Assembly: GCA_014905635.1 (NCBI GenBank)
Contig: JABVCE010000016.1
Span: 1-64,000 of the forward strand
Length of the DNA stretch: 64,000 nt
Source of the DNA: Scenedesmus sp. PABB004
Lineage: Eukaryota
Direction of reading: 5' to 3'
Shown one piece after another: positions 61,442-64,000 of the stretch (the first letter of the stretch is position 1; the number at the start of each line of letters is the position of its first letter). Both the position numbers and the translations under genes were made by a program. The notes under the pieces were generated by a model, which was not told where the DNA came from, searched no databases, and was given only the letters and a program-made list of their open reading frames with translations.

Positions 61442-62032
61442 CGCGCCGGCGCTCGTCCGTCAGCAGCGCGCGCGGCGGCGCGCCGCGCCGCGCCCGCCGC
61501 CCAGCGCCCGCCCCTCCGCGGGCGAGCTCACGCCAGCCGCGCGATCATGCGAGCCCGCGGGAGGGCCGGGCGCGAAGCGGGGCGAGCGTGCGGGCGGCGG
61601 CGGCGAGCTGTCCGCTGCTGCGTTCGCGCGCGGCAGCTCAGCCGGGGCGATCGTCCGCTGCCCGCACGGCCAGACGAGCAGATTCACGGCTGCTGTGAGG
61701 AGGACGCCGGGCTGGCGGTCGGTCGCCACCGCGCGGTTTGGGGCGCGGCCGCGGCGTGCAGCGTGCGGCGTTCGACGCAGGCGTGCCGGCTTACCCGGCC
61801 GGCAGGGAGCGGCGGGCGGCGCGCGGCGGCCCACCCGCCGTTGCTTGTCCAGCAACGGCGCGCGCGCCGCGCGCGCCGGGCCGGCCCGCCGCCCGCCCGC
61901 ACTCCCGCGCGGTCATCCTGCGTGCCCCGGCCCGCGCGCCGCGCCGGCGCCCCACGCGCCCACACACGCCCAGACGGCCCGCTACGCTGCTGCGCCCGCC
62001 GCCCGCCCGCCCGCCGCGGCCGCCGCGGCCGC

Positions 62033-64000
<1,968 letters not shown>

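Overview
This is eukaryotic nuclear DNA: extremely GC-rich, gene-dense and intron-rich, most consistent with a chlorophyte green alga (GTGCG..GCAG introns, TGTAA poly(A) signals, TTTAGGG repeats, plastid-type genes). Most ORF-track entries are GC-driven artefacts, so genes were rebuilt by hand from exons and boundaries are approximate. Recognisable genes in order: RPB2 (runs off the left edge), an FAD oxidoreductase, an ankyrin protein, a bacterial-type NAD+-dependent DNA ligase, a coiled-coil protein, an SDR, LENG8/THP3-like, a Cys-rich secreted protein, a SET-domain protein, N6AMT1/HemK2, MIS12-like, an unknown secreted protein, a folate/biopterin transporter, a thylakoid-lumen protein, a calredoxin-like protein, TRAPPC10, a ZNRD2-like protein, a GT71 mannosyltransferase and GSA (runs off the right edge). 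Most notable: (1) a complete, intron-containing LigA with a transit-peptide-like N-terminus; (2) a calredoxin variant lacking both the resolving Cys and EF-hand 4; (3) a 5'-truncated LINE with an 8-bp TSD, plus a separate insertion made only of its 20-bp tail with its own 6-bp TSD; (4) introns with G-rich 5' halves, C-rich 3' halves and frequent GC donors. No database searches were possible; family calls rest on recalled motifs.
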